From positions 945,702-1,009,701 of the forward strand of contig NW_003314291.1 in the NCBI RefSeq assembly GCF_000143415.4: DNA of 64,000 bases, in the 5' to 3' direction. Below are positions 47,745-59,805 of this stretch, piece by piece. The translations under genes were made by a program, and so were the position numbers. The stretch's first letter is position 1. Every line of letters starts with the position of its first letter. This DNA comes from Selaginella moellendorffii (lineage: Eukaryota > Plantae > Lycopodiophyta). A model generated the notes under the pieces. That model did no database searches and was not told where the DNA came from. It saw only the letters and a list, made by a program, of their open reading frames with translations.

Positions 47745-49585
47745 CTACATCCAGCTCTCGAGCTTCTCTCTGTGCAGCTCCTCGAAGGAGAAATCCTCGG
47801 CGACGGGCGGAAACAGGCCATCCCTGCTGGGTCTCGATTTGGTCTCCCAGCCGAGAATCCCTGTGAATGCCTCATGAACATCGTAAAGCACGGACTGACG
47901 GGTTGTTGGAACTTCCCTGCAATGCCCAATATACTTCTTGTAAGCACACCATATAGGTGTGTCTGGAGGCTTTGCAATGTCATAGTCTTCCGGCCGCATG
48001 TGAATAAGCTTGCACTTCCGCTCCCTGAGTTCCACAAGACAAAAAACAGTCGAGATCATCTGCAGATTTGGAATCCGATCACGTACCACAAACTGTCATG
48101 AGTGTAGCATCTCAAGGTCTGTTCGATCAGAGATGGGATTCGCTCCTTTGAGAAGCCACCACCCAACACCTGCGTGATGCAGACACGAAGATGATGTAAG
48201 CGCACACTCACAGTAAAGCATGAAGAATTCACTACCTCCTCCTCCTCCTGCTCTGCAACATCGTGCGTACCGAGCCGGCCATCTAAACAAGCTCTCAGAG
48301 TTTGAGAAAGATAAAAAAGGAGGCAACAACTTACACGTCAAGTCGTGGTCGTAATAGATTCGGAGGTCATAGCGTCCAAGCCAGATGCGAGCGTGCTGCA
48401 TACAGGTCCCAATGGCGTGGTGGTGCGGCAGCACAGACAGGGGTGGCCTCTCTGCAACAAGCGATCTCAGAAGTTTGCTGTTCTCGATACCTTGGAGCAG
48501 CAGGACAAGTTCCTTGACCAGCAGGGGCATAGAGGGCATTTCATCGGGAAACCTACGCTGCAGAGGTGGCTTGAGCGGATGTCGAGCAAGCTGCGCATAA
48601 GCCCGTCGAACTCCGTCGTGTGCATGCGGAGTCGACAGCATGTTCCACCCCTGTTGTTGCAAGTCAAAAGAATGAGAACCGGGAAAGTTGCAAACCAGTG
48701 TTGTTACCAGCCTGTCCACCGGGAGTGTGAGAAAGAAGTCGGCCTTGAGAATCTTGGAAACCAAGCCAAAGAGCTTTGGGACAGCTGCAACGCCATAACG
48801 GGAGGGCTTTTGTGTGTTCCCTGACTGTGTTTTACTCGTCACCTTTTCGCGCCCTGCAAGTAGAGCCGGTGAGACAGAAAACCAGAGCAAACAGATGATT
48901 TCTTACATCTGAATTCCCCATTGGAAGGCATCCGATAAGGGGGTGGAGCAGAGAAATTCATACCGATAGTGTTGCGTGCCGGTATCTCGGAACTCACTGC
49001 CATTCCAACAAAGAAGAAATGAAAAGCGAAAAGAACATGAGTTTTGTATGACAAGCACAAACCTTGGATGTTTCTGCTTTCGCAAAACTTTGCCCAAAGT
49101 AGCTCCAAGTGCTCGCTCACCTCCTCATCTTGCTTAGCTGCATCCAGCGACAAAAGCCTCTGGATTCCAGCTGACGAGAGCAGCTCCTGGCGGGCGAAAT
49201 CAACCATGCAATCCAGCTGCGCTGCGCCACCCTCCCATCCCAGCGTCGCAGCGCACGCACTCCTCTCGGCACTAGAGGCGCAGAGGCGAGCAATGTAGCA
49301 AACTGCAAGCACCAGGAACAGCGTCTCGTCCACCTCGGCGGAGTCCCAGCTTTGCAGCATGTATTCCATGCACCGGGCTTCATGCACGTCCAGCGCCGCG
49401 GCCTCCTCCTGGTTGGGGCGGGCAGACTTTGCGACAAACTCGGACACCGTGAGGAGCTTTGCAGCGCTCTCTCTGCATCGTGTGAGAGCTTGATGCAAGT
49501 CTCCTTGTTCGTGGTGGTGACCTAGCTGGGTGGCAAGCGATGATAGATTCCTACGAAGAACTCGACTGCCCAACCTGGAAAGCAT
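47745..49585 (-). CDS. Hypothetical multi-exon protein with a mitochondrial-presequence-like N-terminus
   Basis: MLSRLGSRVLRRNLSSLA start, long open exons (48839-49585, 48096-48890, 47745-48089) separated by short intron-like segments, head-to-head with LSG1. No family recognised; exon joins not resolved. Confidence 0.5.
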
Positions 49586-49726
49586 CTCGTGACCTAACAC
49601 AAAGGGCTCCCAACAAGATGTGATCTTCCTTTCAATGAAAATCTTGCAGAGACCCCGCCAAAATATTTTGCTTTGAGTGGTAAAACCCTAGCTAGAACTA
49701 TAGCAGAGATTAGGGTTCTTGCGGCA

Positions 49727-51874
49727 ATGGGGGGGAAGAAGGGGAGCCAGGTGCTTGGCAAGGCGCTGATCAAGCGGCGGAACGCGGACAAGCAGCAGCA
49801 TCATCATCGCGATGACAAGGCTGGAGCGTCGGCACTGCAATCCGTGATGGAATTCACGGATTTGCAAGTGGTGCTCGAGCAGGCGGAAGAGGCCGAGCGC
49901 ATTTTCTCCGATGCAAATCCGCCGCCCCAGCTTGTGTCAAGGTGAGTGCCATACATTTGTTTTTTCCTTTCTAAGCTCCAAGTAACTTGTGGCTCTCGCT
50001 CGAATTTCCCAGAGAAGAGAGCTCCAGCGCGAGCTACGATGAGGATAAGCGGAGAGAGGAGCTCGAGAACGAGTCCAGTCTCACTGTTCCTCGCAGGTTT
50101 GTACGCAGGATTTTTCCCTAGATTTTGGAAGATTGATTTTTCTCGCCTTGTGTAGGCCGAAATGGCACAAGAAGATGACCGTGGAGGAGCTTGACACCCA
50201 GGAAAGGCAAGCGTTTCTAGAATGGCGTCGGAACCTCGCACGGTATGCTCACTGCATCACAAAAACGTTTTTTTTTCTCTTAAAGATGATGGTGATCTAG
50301 GCTGGAGGAGAACGAGAAGCTTGTTATCACTCCGTTTGAGAAAAATCTCGAGGTGTGGAGACAATTATGGCGTGTGATCGAACGATGCGACCTGGTAAGT
50401 TGTGATGATATGGTTAAGCTTCAAGCATAAATCTCGGTCCTTTTGTAGGTCGTAATGGTGGTGGATGCTAGAAACCCACTATTTTATCGTTGTCCAGACC
50501 TGGAGGTAACTTGGAATGCAAGAAAAACTTCGAGTGCTTCTTTGCAAGGAAAACTTATGTTCGTGATTTACAGGCCTACGTCAAGGAGATTGATGAAAAC
50601 AAGACAACGCTGTTGCTCTTGAATAAATCTGATCTACTGCCCGTCGCAATAAGGTCTGCATTCAATTCTGTTTCAGAACAAACTCTTAGGCTTGCTTCTT
50701 TTCTTCCAGAAAAAAATGGGCAAGCTACTTTGACGAGCTGGGACTGGATTATATCTTCTGGTCTGCGAAAACCGCTACAGCAAAACTTGAAGGCAAGGAC
50801 GATGACCAGGACCTCGATGAAGCAGACGATGGTGATGTTCCGGTTCTAGGCAGGGAAGAACTTCTAGCCTCATTACAAGTTCGAGCCGAGGGTATCCGCC
50901 AGAGACGAAGCGCGGGACAGGAGGAAAAAGCCGACTCGAGCTTTGACACGTCTTCGTCGGTGATGGATACGGAGAAGCGAGTTGCAGTCGGGTTTGTGGG
51001 GTATCCAAACGTTGGAAAGAGCTCTACGATCAACGTTTTGGTAGGAGAGAAGCGCACAGGTGTGACTTCAACGCCTGGAAAGACGAAGCATTTCCAAACT
51101 TTGATTATCAACGACAAGCTGATGCTCTGTGACTGTCCGGGATTGGTTTTTCCTTCGTTTACGAGCTCCAAGGCTGACATGGTTGCTGCTGGCGTCCTAC
51201 CAGTTGATAAGATGACAGACTACAGGGGTCCGATTCAGGTTATCGCGAATCAAATCCCACGGAGGCAGCTGGAAGAGACTTACGGCTTGCTACTGCCGAA
51301 GCCAAAGCCGTACGAGGATCAAAACAGGCCGCCTACCGCTGCCGAGCTTCTCAAGTCCTACGCTCAGTCGCGCGGCTATGTAGCTTCGAGAGGTCTTCCA
51401 GACGAGACACGATCTGCTCGGCAGATGCTCAAGGACTACCTCAATGGTAAGCTTTTATACTGCCATACTCCGCCGGACGACGACACCACAAGCGACGATG
51501 AAAGCAACGACGATGATGAAGAAGCTGTTGATGAGGGTGGTGTTCACAGTGACGATGTTGACGATCTCTCAGGAGAAGAGGACGAAGAATACGAAGAAAG
51601 AGAAGAGGAAGAGGAAGAAGGATCGAAAACAACTACAGGTACTGGTGAATCCAATCTCAAAGCTCGACTGGATGGAATTTTCAGGGACGTCGACTTGAAC
51701 GCTAGCAAGAGCCAGGGAGCCAAGGCTGTGAAGCCGAAGAAGGCCCTTCACAAGATGCAGAAGAAAGCTCCCAGGAAGAAAGACCGCTCGTGGAGAGTGA
51801 AAGACGACGAGAGCGACGGCATGGCTCGCGTGAAAGGGATATCAGTCTCCGTGAGCTATGGAGCAGCTCGCTAG
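49727..51874 (+). CDS. LSG1: Large subunit GTPase 1 (60S ribosome biogenesis, circularly permuted GTPase)
   Basis: TPFEKNLEVWRQLWRVIERCDLVVMVVDARNPLFYRCPDLE, LLNKSDLLP, VGYPNVGKSSTIN, TPGKTKHFQT, DCPGLVFPSF, GLPDETRSARQMLKDYLNGKL. Confidence 0.95.
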
Positions 51875-52029
51875 CTTGCTACATCCAGTCGCAGCAAGTC
51901 CATCAAGATGGTGCTGGCCAGATACGAAGCAAAGGATCCAAAGTTTCGCTTCGCTGTGTCTCGCGCCATGGAATGAAACACAAGCTTTGTGTAGCCTTCG
52001 TGAGATCTTGGAGAGAGCTGGATGTAGAG

Positions 52030-53415
52030 CTACACAGCATCCTCGTCCGTGGCCGAGAGTCCCAGCAAGTTCATCAAGTGAAAACTCCGTCCATGGTGCT
52101 GGCCGAAGATCGAAGCAAAGGATCCAAAGTTTTGTTCGGGCATTCTCTCCAGAAGCTTTTCGGCCTCCTCGAGCTCCCCGTTCGTGACAAACGTTCCAAG
52201 CAAGGCGTTCCAGGCAACAACAGTGCGTTCTTCCATGGTGTCAAACAGCCTCTTAGCGTGCTGCGTCTGGCCGTTTCGTCCAAACGCGGCCACCATAGCC
52301 GTGCTCGAGATGGTGTTAAACTCCGGCATGGAATCAAACAGAATCTTTGCGGCTTCAATGTACCCCTTGCCGCTGTAAGCTTGCAGCATGAGAGTATATG
52401 CCGCTAAGTTCCTCTGTGGCATGGAATCAAATAGTTCTTTTACTCCGTACATATGCCCATTCCGGGCATATGCTCCTAAAAGTACGTTCCACGACACCAC
52501 GTCCGTTTGAGGCATCAAATCGAATGTCCGTTTTGCCCCGTACATGTGACCGGACATGGAATATGCCGTCAGCATGGTGCTCCAGGACACAACGGTACGC
52601 TCGCACATTCCGTCAAACACGATCTTCGCCTCTTCCAGATGCCCACTTTGGGCATATGCTGCCAGCATGGCATTCCACGTGAGCACGTTATGCTCCACGG
52701 CGCTTTCAAAGCAACGACGTGCATCGTCTGCGTGACCGCGCTCCCCAAAAGCGCTTACCATTGTCGTCCACGTCACCACGTTCCACGAGGGCATCCTGGT
52801 GAATAGAGTTTTAAGGTCTTCCAGATACCCGATTTGGGAATATCCTGACAAGAGGGCATTCCAAGATACTATGTCTCTATTAGGCATATAATCGAAAATT
52901 TGCTTGGCTTGGCATATACGAAGCTCTTGAGAGTAGGATGTGAGGAGTGTGTTCCAGGAAAAGAGATCTGGGTCGGGAATTAGGTCAAAAATCTCTTGCG
53001 CGTCTTGCAAATGCCCGCGCGTGGCATAGGCGCGGAGCATTGTCGTCCAGGAGACCTTGTCCTTGCAGGGATTGCGATCGAAGACCTCCTTGGCACCGGC
53101 GAGATCGTCGTTGCGCGCGTGGGCGCCCAGCAAAATATTCCACGAGAAATCGTTTGGATCCGGCATGGCATCGAAGACGCCGCGTGCGTCGTGGAGCGCG
53201 CCGCAGCTGCCATACATCTGGATGAGGAGATTGGCCAGGAATTTGTCCCCGGCGTGATCGCTCTCCAGGATCCGAGCGTGGAGTGATCTCCCCTGCGCTA
53301 GACTCCTGCAAGATCTCACCGCCGCAATCAGGAGCTCGCGGCTCTCGATCCAGCAGGGATCGCCACCATCGCGCCGATTGGCGATCTTGAGAGGCTGGCA
53401 AGTGCTCGCGCTCAT
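52030..53415 (-). CDS. PLS/SS-rich PPR protein lacking E/DYW (possibly 3'-truncated)
   Basis: About 11 tandem 31-aa motifs (e.g. DIVSWNALLSGYSQIGYLEDLKTLFTRMPSW), ending in non-PPR sequence. Confidence 0.8.
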   Translation of the reverse strand: MSASTCQPLKIANRRDGGDPCWIESRELLIAAVRSCRSLAQGRSLHARILESDHAGDKFLANLLIQMYGSCGALHDARGVFDAMPDPNDFSWNILLGAHARNDDLAGAKEVFDRNPCKDKVSWTTMLRAYATRGHLQDAQEIFDLIPDPDLFSWNTLLTSYSQELRICQAKQIFDYMPNRDIVSWNALLSGYSQIGYLEDLKTLFTRMPSWNVVTWTTMVSAFGERGHADDARRCFESAVEHNVLTWNAMLAAYAQSGHLEEAKIVFDGMCERTVVSWSTMLTAYSMSGHMYGAKRTFDLMPQTDVVSWNVLLGAYARNGHMYGVKELFDSMPQRNLAAYTLMLQAYSGKGYIEAAKILFDSMPEFNTISSTAMVAAFGRNGQTQHAKRLFDTMEERTVVAWNALLGTFVTNGELEEAEKLLERMPEQNFGSFASIFGQHHGRSFHLMNLLGLSATDEDAV

Positions 53416-53527
53416 CTCTCTCGCTGAATTTCTCTCACATTTTCTTGGAATTTTTCTAGGGTTCTAAGGCCTGGGGGTTTAGGGTTTTACGCGAGGAGGA
53501 AGAAGGGACGCCCTCTCGCGCCGCCCA

Positions 53528-55306
53528 ATGTGGAACGCGATCCTACGTCTCCACTCCCGGACCAGACCGAGAAGAAGCTCGCACCTCGCCAGGTACATTT
53601 CCTACACACCGATCCTCCGCAAGGAAGAGAACCTCCAGCAGGCCTATGCGGATCTCATCCGCTACTTCACCTTCACGCGCGATCTCGAGTACGCGCGCAA
53701 GCTTCACGGCAAGATCGTCGACCGGGGGCTGGGAAAGGATCGCTACTTGCTCAATCTCATCACCGAGATGTATGGCAAATGCGGGAGCTTCGACGAGGCA
53801 AAGCAGGTGTTTGACAGGATGGCGATCCGGGACCAGATGTCCTGGGCAGCGATGATCACTGCCGGGGCCGAGAGTGATGATCGCTACGAAGAAGGCCTCG
53901 ACTACTACCGCCGGATGCTGCTCGAGGGTGGCATGCTTCCCGACGCTCACATCCTCAGCTCCGTGCTGTGCTGCGTGGAGACGCTCCCGGAGGCCCGGAA
54001 GATCCACGACCAGGTGGTTTCCTCCGGCTTGTACGTGGACGTGGTGGTGATGACCGGGCTCATCAACGCATACCGGCGGTGTGGCAGGCTCGATCTCGCG
54101 GGAGAAGTTTTCGACCGGGTGGAGTTTAAGGATATGGTGCTGTGGACGTCGATGCTCTCAGCTTACTCCCACTCCACCGACGAGGCCGTGGAGGGCTTGA
54201 GGATCTTCTGGAAGATGGAGCTCGAGGGGATCCGGCCGGACAAAGTTACGTTCACGAGTCTCATCACTGCCACCGGGAATGCGCTGTGCGGATGCTACGC
54301 CAAGCTCGTCGACGACAGGGTCCGCGCTCACGGGCTCGAGAAGGACGTGACGATAGCCTCCGCGATGCTCTACATGCACGGGAAGAGTGGCAACTTGGAG
54401 GAAGCGAGGAAAGTTTTCGAGTCCATGGCGGAGAAGAACCTCGTAACTTGGAACTCGATGATCGCCGCGTGCTCCTTCTACGGACAAAGCCGCGACGCTC
54501 TCCAGCTCTTTCGGACGATGGACCATGAAGGCGTGGTGCCGGATCACATCACCTTTGCGAGCGTCCTCGACGCTTGCGCGGATATGGCAACGGCCTCGGC
54601 CGGGAGGGCCGTCCACGATCGCGTCCTCGCGGCCGGACTCCAGGCGGACCATGTGATCGTGAGCGCGCTTCTCAATCTCTACGGGAAGTGTGGTAAGGTG
54701 GGCGATGCGAGGAAGATCTTCGACGAGTGCTGGAAGAACCTCTCGTGCTGGAACTCGATGCTGACGGCGTATGCCCAGAACGGGCATATCAGGGAGACGC
54801 TGGCGCTCTTCCTGGATATGTGCCATCAAGGGGTGGTGCCGGACGAGATAACTTTCACGGTGCTGGTCGGCGGTTGTGGGCATGCTGGGAAGGTGGACGC
54901 TGGCAGGGACGTGTTCCGGCTGTTCCAGGACGACTACCAGGTTGAGGCATTGGTGGATCACTATGGTTGCATGGTAGACGTGCTGGGACGCAATGGGAAG
55001 CTACAGGAAGCCGAGGAGCTCATCGAGAGCATGCCGTTCTATCCGGATCTCGTGGCCTGGACGGCAGTTCTTCGGGCTTGCAAGAACGCGAAGGACGTGA
55101 AGAGGGGGTCCCGCTTGGCGCGAGCGGCTCTAGAGACGTATCCAGAGAAGTCGGGGCCGTATGTTATGCTGAGCCAGATCGAGGCTGAGATCCAGGAGCT
55201 GGAGAAAAAAGTGGCCGAGAAGAATGGCTGTGAAGAGGAGAAGAAGGCGAACAGTTTCTTCGATTGTTTGCAACCGGCAGTTCTGTGTGCTTGCGCTAAT
55301 CGTTAG
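53528..55306 (+). CDS. PLS-class PPR protein with E-type C-terminus
   Basis: Presequence-like N-terminus; MYGKCGS, PDHITFASVLDAC, HYGCMVDVLGRNGKL, PFYPDLVAWTAVLRAC, SGPYVMLS. Confidence 0.9.
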   Translation: MWNAILRLHSRTRPRRSSHLARYISYTPILRKEENLQQAYADLIRYFTFTRDLEYARKLHGKIVDRGLGKDRYLLNLITEMYGKCGSFDEAKQVFDRMAIRDQMSWAAMITAGAESDDRYEEGLDYYRRMLLEGGMLPDAHILSSVLCCVETLPEARKIHDQVVSSGLYVDVVVMTGLINAYRRCGRLDLAGEVFDRVEFKDMVLWTSMLSAYSHSTDEAVEGLRIFWKMELEGIRPDKVTFTSLITATGNALCGCYAKLVDDRVRAHGLEKDVTIASAMLYMHGKSGNLEEARKVFESMAEKNLVTWNSMIAACSFYGQSRDALQLFRTMDHEGVVPDHITFASVLDACADMATASAGRAVHDRVLAAGLQADHVIVSALLNLYGKCGKVGDARKIFDECWKNLSCWNSMLTAYAQNGHIRETLALFLDMCHQGVVPDEITFTVLVGGCGHAGKVDAGRDVFRLFQDDYQVEALVDHYGCMVDVLGRNGKLQEAEELIESMPFYPDLVAWTAVLRACKNAKDVKRGSRLARAALETYPEKSGPYVMLSQIEAEIQELEKKVAEKNGCEEEKKANSFFDCLQPAVLCACANR

Positions 55307-56133
55307 CCGTGGAAGAGCTTGGAGATTTGGAAGGAGATCCAGAGTCCCCATATGGATCTTCCTTGTGATGGACTTTGCCAAGCTCTTGGTACGTACGTAC
55401 AACTTTTCCACAGATCGTGTAGCTTTTTCTCACTGTTTTTTCTTCTTCTAAAAGTCTTTTGAGCGGTACAAGCTTCATGTCTTTTTAAGCTTTCTAGGCA
55501 TAAAAAGGACTCTCAAACAATGAAAGAGCTTAACATTGTGACTGTGAAATATGTAACAAACGAAGACAATGAAGCAAAGTAGCCAGAAGACAGGAAACTT
55601 CCTTTTACTTCATTCTCAATACACTCGGGCAATGGCCTCATAGATTCTTGCATCTAATGCATCTTGAATCTCCACGGGGATATACGCCAATCGTGTCCGA
55701 AAAGCAAATTGATAGACTTGTGATAACGTTGCCAGACACCTAGAACAAACAAAAAATGAGAGAGTGTAGAAAGAATGAATCATAACTTCTCCACATTGGC
55801 AAACATATGCTGGTTCGAGGCAATGTGAATATTTTCAGGAAGAGTATGGTGTTGACTATGGTTTACCCTTGAGCCACCAAGATCACAATGACGTGTGCGA
55901 TCCATGACAATGACTTTGGGCTCCTGCTCATGTCATGCTCACCAATCGTCACCTGGGAAGTTGATTGAGATAGCAAAGCTATTGGGCGCTAGGGGCGTGC
56001 TGCGAATTGTCTATGCCTCGCTGAAACCCACATCAAGCTTGCTCGAAGGTTGGAGGGATGCTGCCAGCAACAATGAGGCATGGTGACTAGCTATTAGCCT
56101 TAAAATAACAATTAATATTTAAAATTAAGCCTT

Positions 56134-56308
56134 TGTGAGTGCATGGAATATGGAAAGGGAATACAGAAATGTGCATCCGAATTAGCCCAAAAACCCTAAC
56201 TTATATACAGAAGCGAGTGGTCCGGATTGAAACCAATCCGACGGCTACCAAAATCCCACTACGCTAATATTAGTATACGGCATCGTAGCCGTACACTTGG
56301 CCCTCACA
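56134..56308 (-). repeat. 3' LTR
   Basis: Direct repeat of 60971-61145 with 4 substitutions. Adjacent minus-strand PPT GAGAGGAGGGGA at ~56312-56323. Confidence 0.95.
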
Positions 56309-56340
56309 TCATCCCCTCCTCTCGGAATAATGGAAGGCCG

Positions 56341-59300
56341 TCAGGGTTCTCTTGTAGATGGGCCGGGATCTGGAGGAACGTCAGGAGGAGGCATCGGTGG
56401 ATCTGTAGACGGTATTAACTGCTCCTGATCCCTTTGTATGAAGCATTTTAACCGCTGCACATGCACAATCTCCGGAGGATCGGCCTGCTGAACGTCATGC
56501 CGAACCTCATAAACTTGTGGTCCAACTTGCCGCAACACCCGATACGGTCCTTTCCACTGCGCAAGGAGCCCTTTAGATAAACCACGTACCGTAAGATGGG
56601 GAAAACGGACTAACACCAAATCATCCACTTTGTACTCCGCAGGTGGACGATGATGGGAATTGTAGCGCCGTTGTTGTCCCACTTGTATGCGGCCTAAGTG
56701 TTCAGCAGACTCTGCTCGGACAAGTGGAAGAATGTTTGTCAAATATTGATCCCATGACCTAGCATCAGGAGCTCGTGGCAATCGCGAAGGTAAACCCAGC
56801 TCTGTTGGTAATATTGGATCATGACCATATAGAAGTTTATATGGTGAAGCACCAACAGAACTCTGCACCCCTGTGATATAAGCATACCGAAGAGACGGCA
56901 AATAACCATCCCAATCCGAATGTTGAAAGTTCACATACTTCGCAATCATCCCTTTGAATGTCCGAACGAGCCGTTCCACCAGAACGTCTGATTGTGGATG
57001 ATAAGCACTCGTAAAAGTGTGGCGTATCTCCAACCGAGATGTCAAAACATGAAATACCTCAGCCATAAATGCAGGACCATTATCCGAAAGAATTCGCTCT
57101 GGACAAGAATGCTGGAACACCACTCGATTGAGGAGGAAGTATCCAACAGCAGTTGCAGAGGCACTAGCAAGAGCACCAACTTCCACCCAACGAGTCAAGT
57201 AGTCAGAAGCAATAATAACATACTCATTGCCAGCAGTCAATCGTGGAAAAGGTCCCATAAGATCAAACGCCACCAACTCAAACGGACGAGAAACTGCAAT
57301 TGACTCCAACCGTCCTTCCGCAGCACAAGGGGGAGTATTACGAGCTTGGCACCAAACGCAGCTATGCACATACCGGATAATATCACGTCGCATCTCTGGC
57401 CAATAGAAAGATCTGCGCAGCTTCTCGGTGACACGACGGTGTCCCATATGCCCACCTAGAATAGGAGAATCATGGTAGGCATGGAGAAACCACGGAATAA
57501 ACACCGAAGGCACCACCAGCCGTAAATGATCATCAGGATCCGTCCCCACAAAATAAAGAAGGCCATCTTCAAGGCGATATTGAGAATGTAAATGCCGAAA
57601 AGGCAAGTCATCAGCAAGTGATGCAGGATTCTCAAACCTATCTCGAAGCCTTCGAATCCACGGCTCAATCTTTTGAGCCTCGCGAACCTCATCCAGAGAA
57701 GGTAAATCTTGCTCTACGCCCTGTGGACACTGAACGTCAAGGACAGCAACCGCCGACGGCACAGAATCCTCATCTAGAAAATCCATAGATGCTGGAACAA
57801 CAGGTTCGTCAGAAACATGAGAAGTGAGTGGAGAAGGAAGAGGAGCTCAAGAAAGGGCATCAGCATCAGCCATAGAACTCCCTGGGCGATGAACAACATC
57901 GAAATCATATATCTGAAGCTTCAAAGCCCATCGAGTCGTACGACCAACCAGGTTCTTCCGCTTCAATAATGAAGTAACAGCAGCATGGTCACCTTCAAGT
58001 AACGTCCGAGAACCATGTAGATATGCATGAAGTTTCTCGAAACCCCAGACTGCTGCTAAACACTCCTTCTCCGTTGTGGAGTAGTTCATCTCCGCTGGTT
58101 GTAATGTACGGCTTATGTATGCAATGGGATGGCACTGACCAGGCACACTCGAGCTCTCTTGCATCAACACACCTCCAAGACCAATGTCAGAAGCATCCAC
58201 GTGCAAAATAAAAGGTCGAGTGTAGTCAGGATATGCCAAAACCGGAGGAGTCGTCAATAGCTCTTTGAGATTCACGAACGCCCGCTCACAATCGGGAGAC
58301 CAGATGAAAGATGACGTTGATGACTTCAGCAACGCTCGCAATGGTGTAGTGCGATCGGAAAGATGATCCACAAAACGACCGAGATACTGCACCTTACCCA
58401 AAAAGCGTTGCACATCATTCACACACTTCGGAGTAGGGAACTTTAGAACAGCCACAAGTTTGTCAGGATCAACTTGCAAACCCTCACGAGAAATACGGTA
58501 CCCAAGATAAGTTGTGTCCTTGGACCCAAACACGCACTTCGACTGCTTCAGCTTTAAACCAACATCGCATAGCCGATCCAACACTTTACAAACATCACGA
58601 ACATGCTCCTCCCACGTCCCCTCCGAGTGGATCAAGACATCATCAATGAAGTCAGCCGTCACCTCCGGCATATCGCAAAGAACCTCGTCCATCATTCGCT
58701 GAAAAGTTGCTGGAGCATTGTTCAAACCAAACGGCATCACCAAAAACTCGTACAAACCAAATGGTGTACGAAAAGCAGTCTTAGGAATATCTTCTTCAGC
58801 CATCGGTACTTGCTAATACCCAGAAGCAAGATCTAGCTTGGTGAACCAACGACTTCGCCCCAGACGATCCAAGAGATCAGCAGTGTGAGGAAGAGGGTAC
58901 ACGTCCGGGATCGTCACTTCATTTAACGGACAATAGTCGATGCAAAAACGAATACTCCCATCAGGCTTCGTCACAAGATGAGGTTCACATGCCCAAGGAC
59001 TCTGCGACTTCCGAATAACACCCTTCTCCAACATCTCCTTGACGTTTGCACGTAAAATCTTGATCTCCTTGGGTGACCGACGACGAACAGGAACCTTGAT
59101 TGGACGAGCATCCCCGGTTGGAATGGGATGACGTGTGGCAATCTTGGCCCCAGACGATAGGTCAAATTCAAAGAGATCAGAATACTCCTTCATGAGCTGG
59201 TCAACAGCTGCAACACAAAGATCATCGGAGGGATCGAAAAAGGGAAGAGTAGAACAAGATGGAAACACAAGAGGAAATAGTGGGGGAACAAAAGTAATGG

Positions 59301-59805
59301 AAGCAGAGGTAGAAGTAGAGGGACGAAGAGGTACGGAAGTGAGAGGAATGGATGAAACATAAGGAAGTATGAGACAAGGGGGAGAAGCCTCAAAGTCACA
59401 TTTGGCATGATTGTGCTACAACCAATCCATACCAAGAATGAGGTCAAAAGTTTGACTCGGCACCACCCGCAATGACTGCAACTCAAGCTCGAGATCGCCC
59501 ACACGCACAACCAGGTCCGCCTCATCTCGTGCACATGCATGTGTACGGTCGTTGCCATAAAGAATGAAAACTAGATCTGCCGCACGACGCAAGTGTAGAC
59601 GACAACGTGTGGCAATAGGTCGAGCAATAGAAGATAAACTCGAACCTGTATCAACCAACACGGAGAGAAGAATAGGAGACCTCTTGTTATAAAAACGAAC
59701 TTGGAAAGTAAACACTGGATGAACCGGTGCCGAGTGAACCCCTTGATGATACTCCCGAAAGAAAGATGGAGGGGTCACTAACTTATTCGCGGAAGGTCCC
59801 TCCAT
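56341..59805 (-). pseudogene. pol: pol (protease-RT-RNase H-integrase) in a single frame broken by stops
   Basis: LVDTGS; RFCIDY, KTAFRTPFGLYEFLVMPFGL, FIDD; DASD..EKECLA; H-H-C-C, SDNG, QSDVLVER, WKGPY. ORFs 59416-59805, 58813-59268, 57847-58803 and 56341-57786 share one frame. Confidence 0.93.

Noticed and set aside
9700-53490. Scattered AAACCCTAA/TTAGGGTTT as interstitial telomeres
   Set aside because: Single or double units at gene starts fit telo-box promoter elements, not telomeric arrays.
55560-56090. EYGVDY (+) and LVAQG (-) resembling copia RT
   Set aside because: The two motifs are on opposite strands and surrounded by stops; insufficient evidence.
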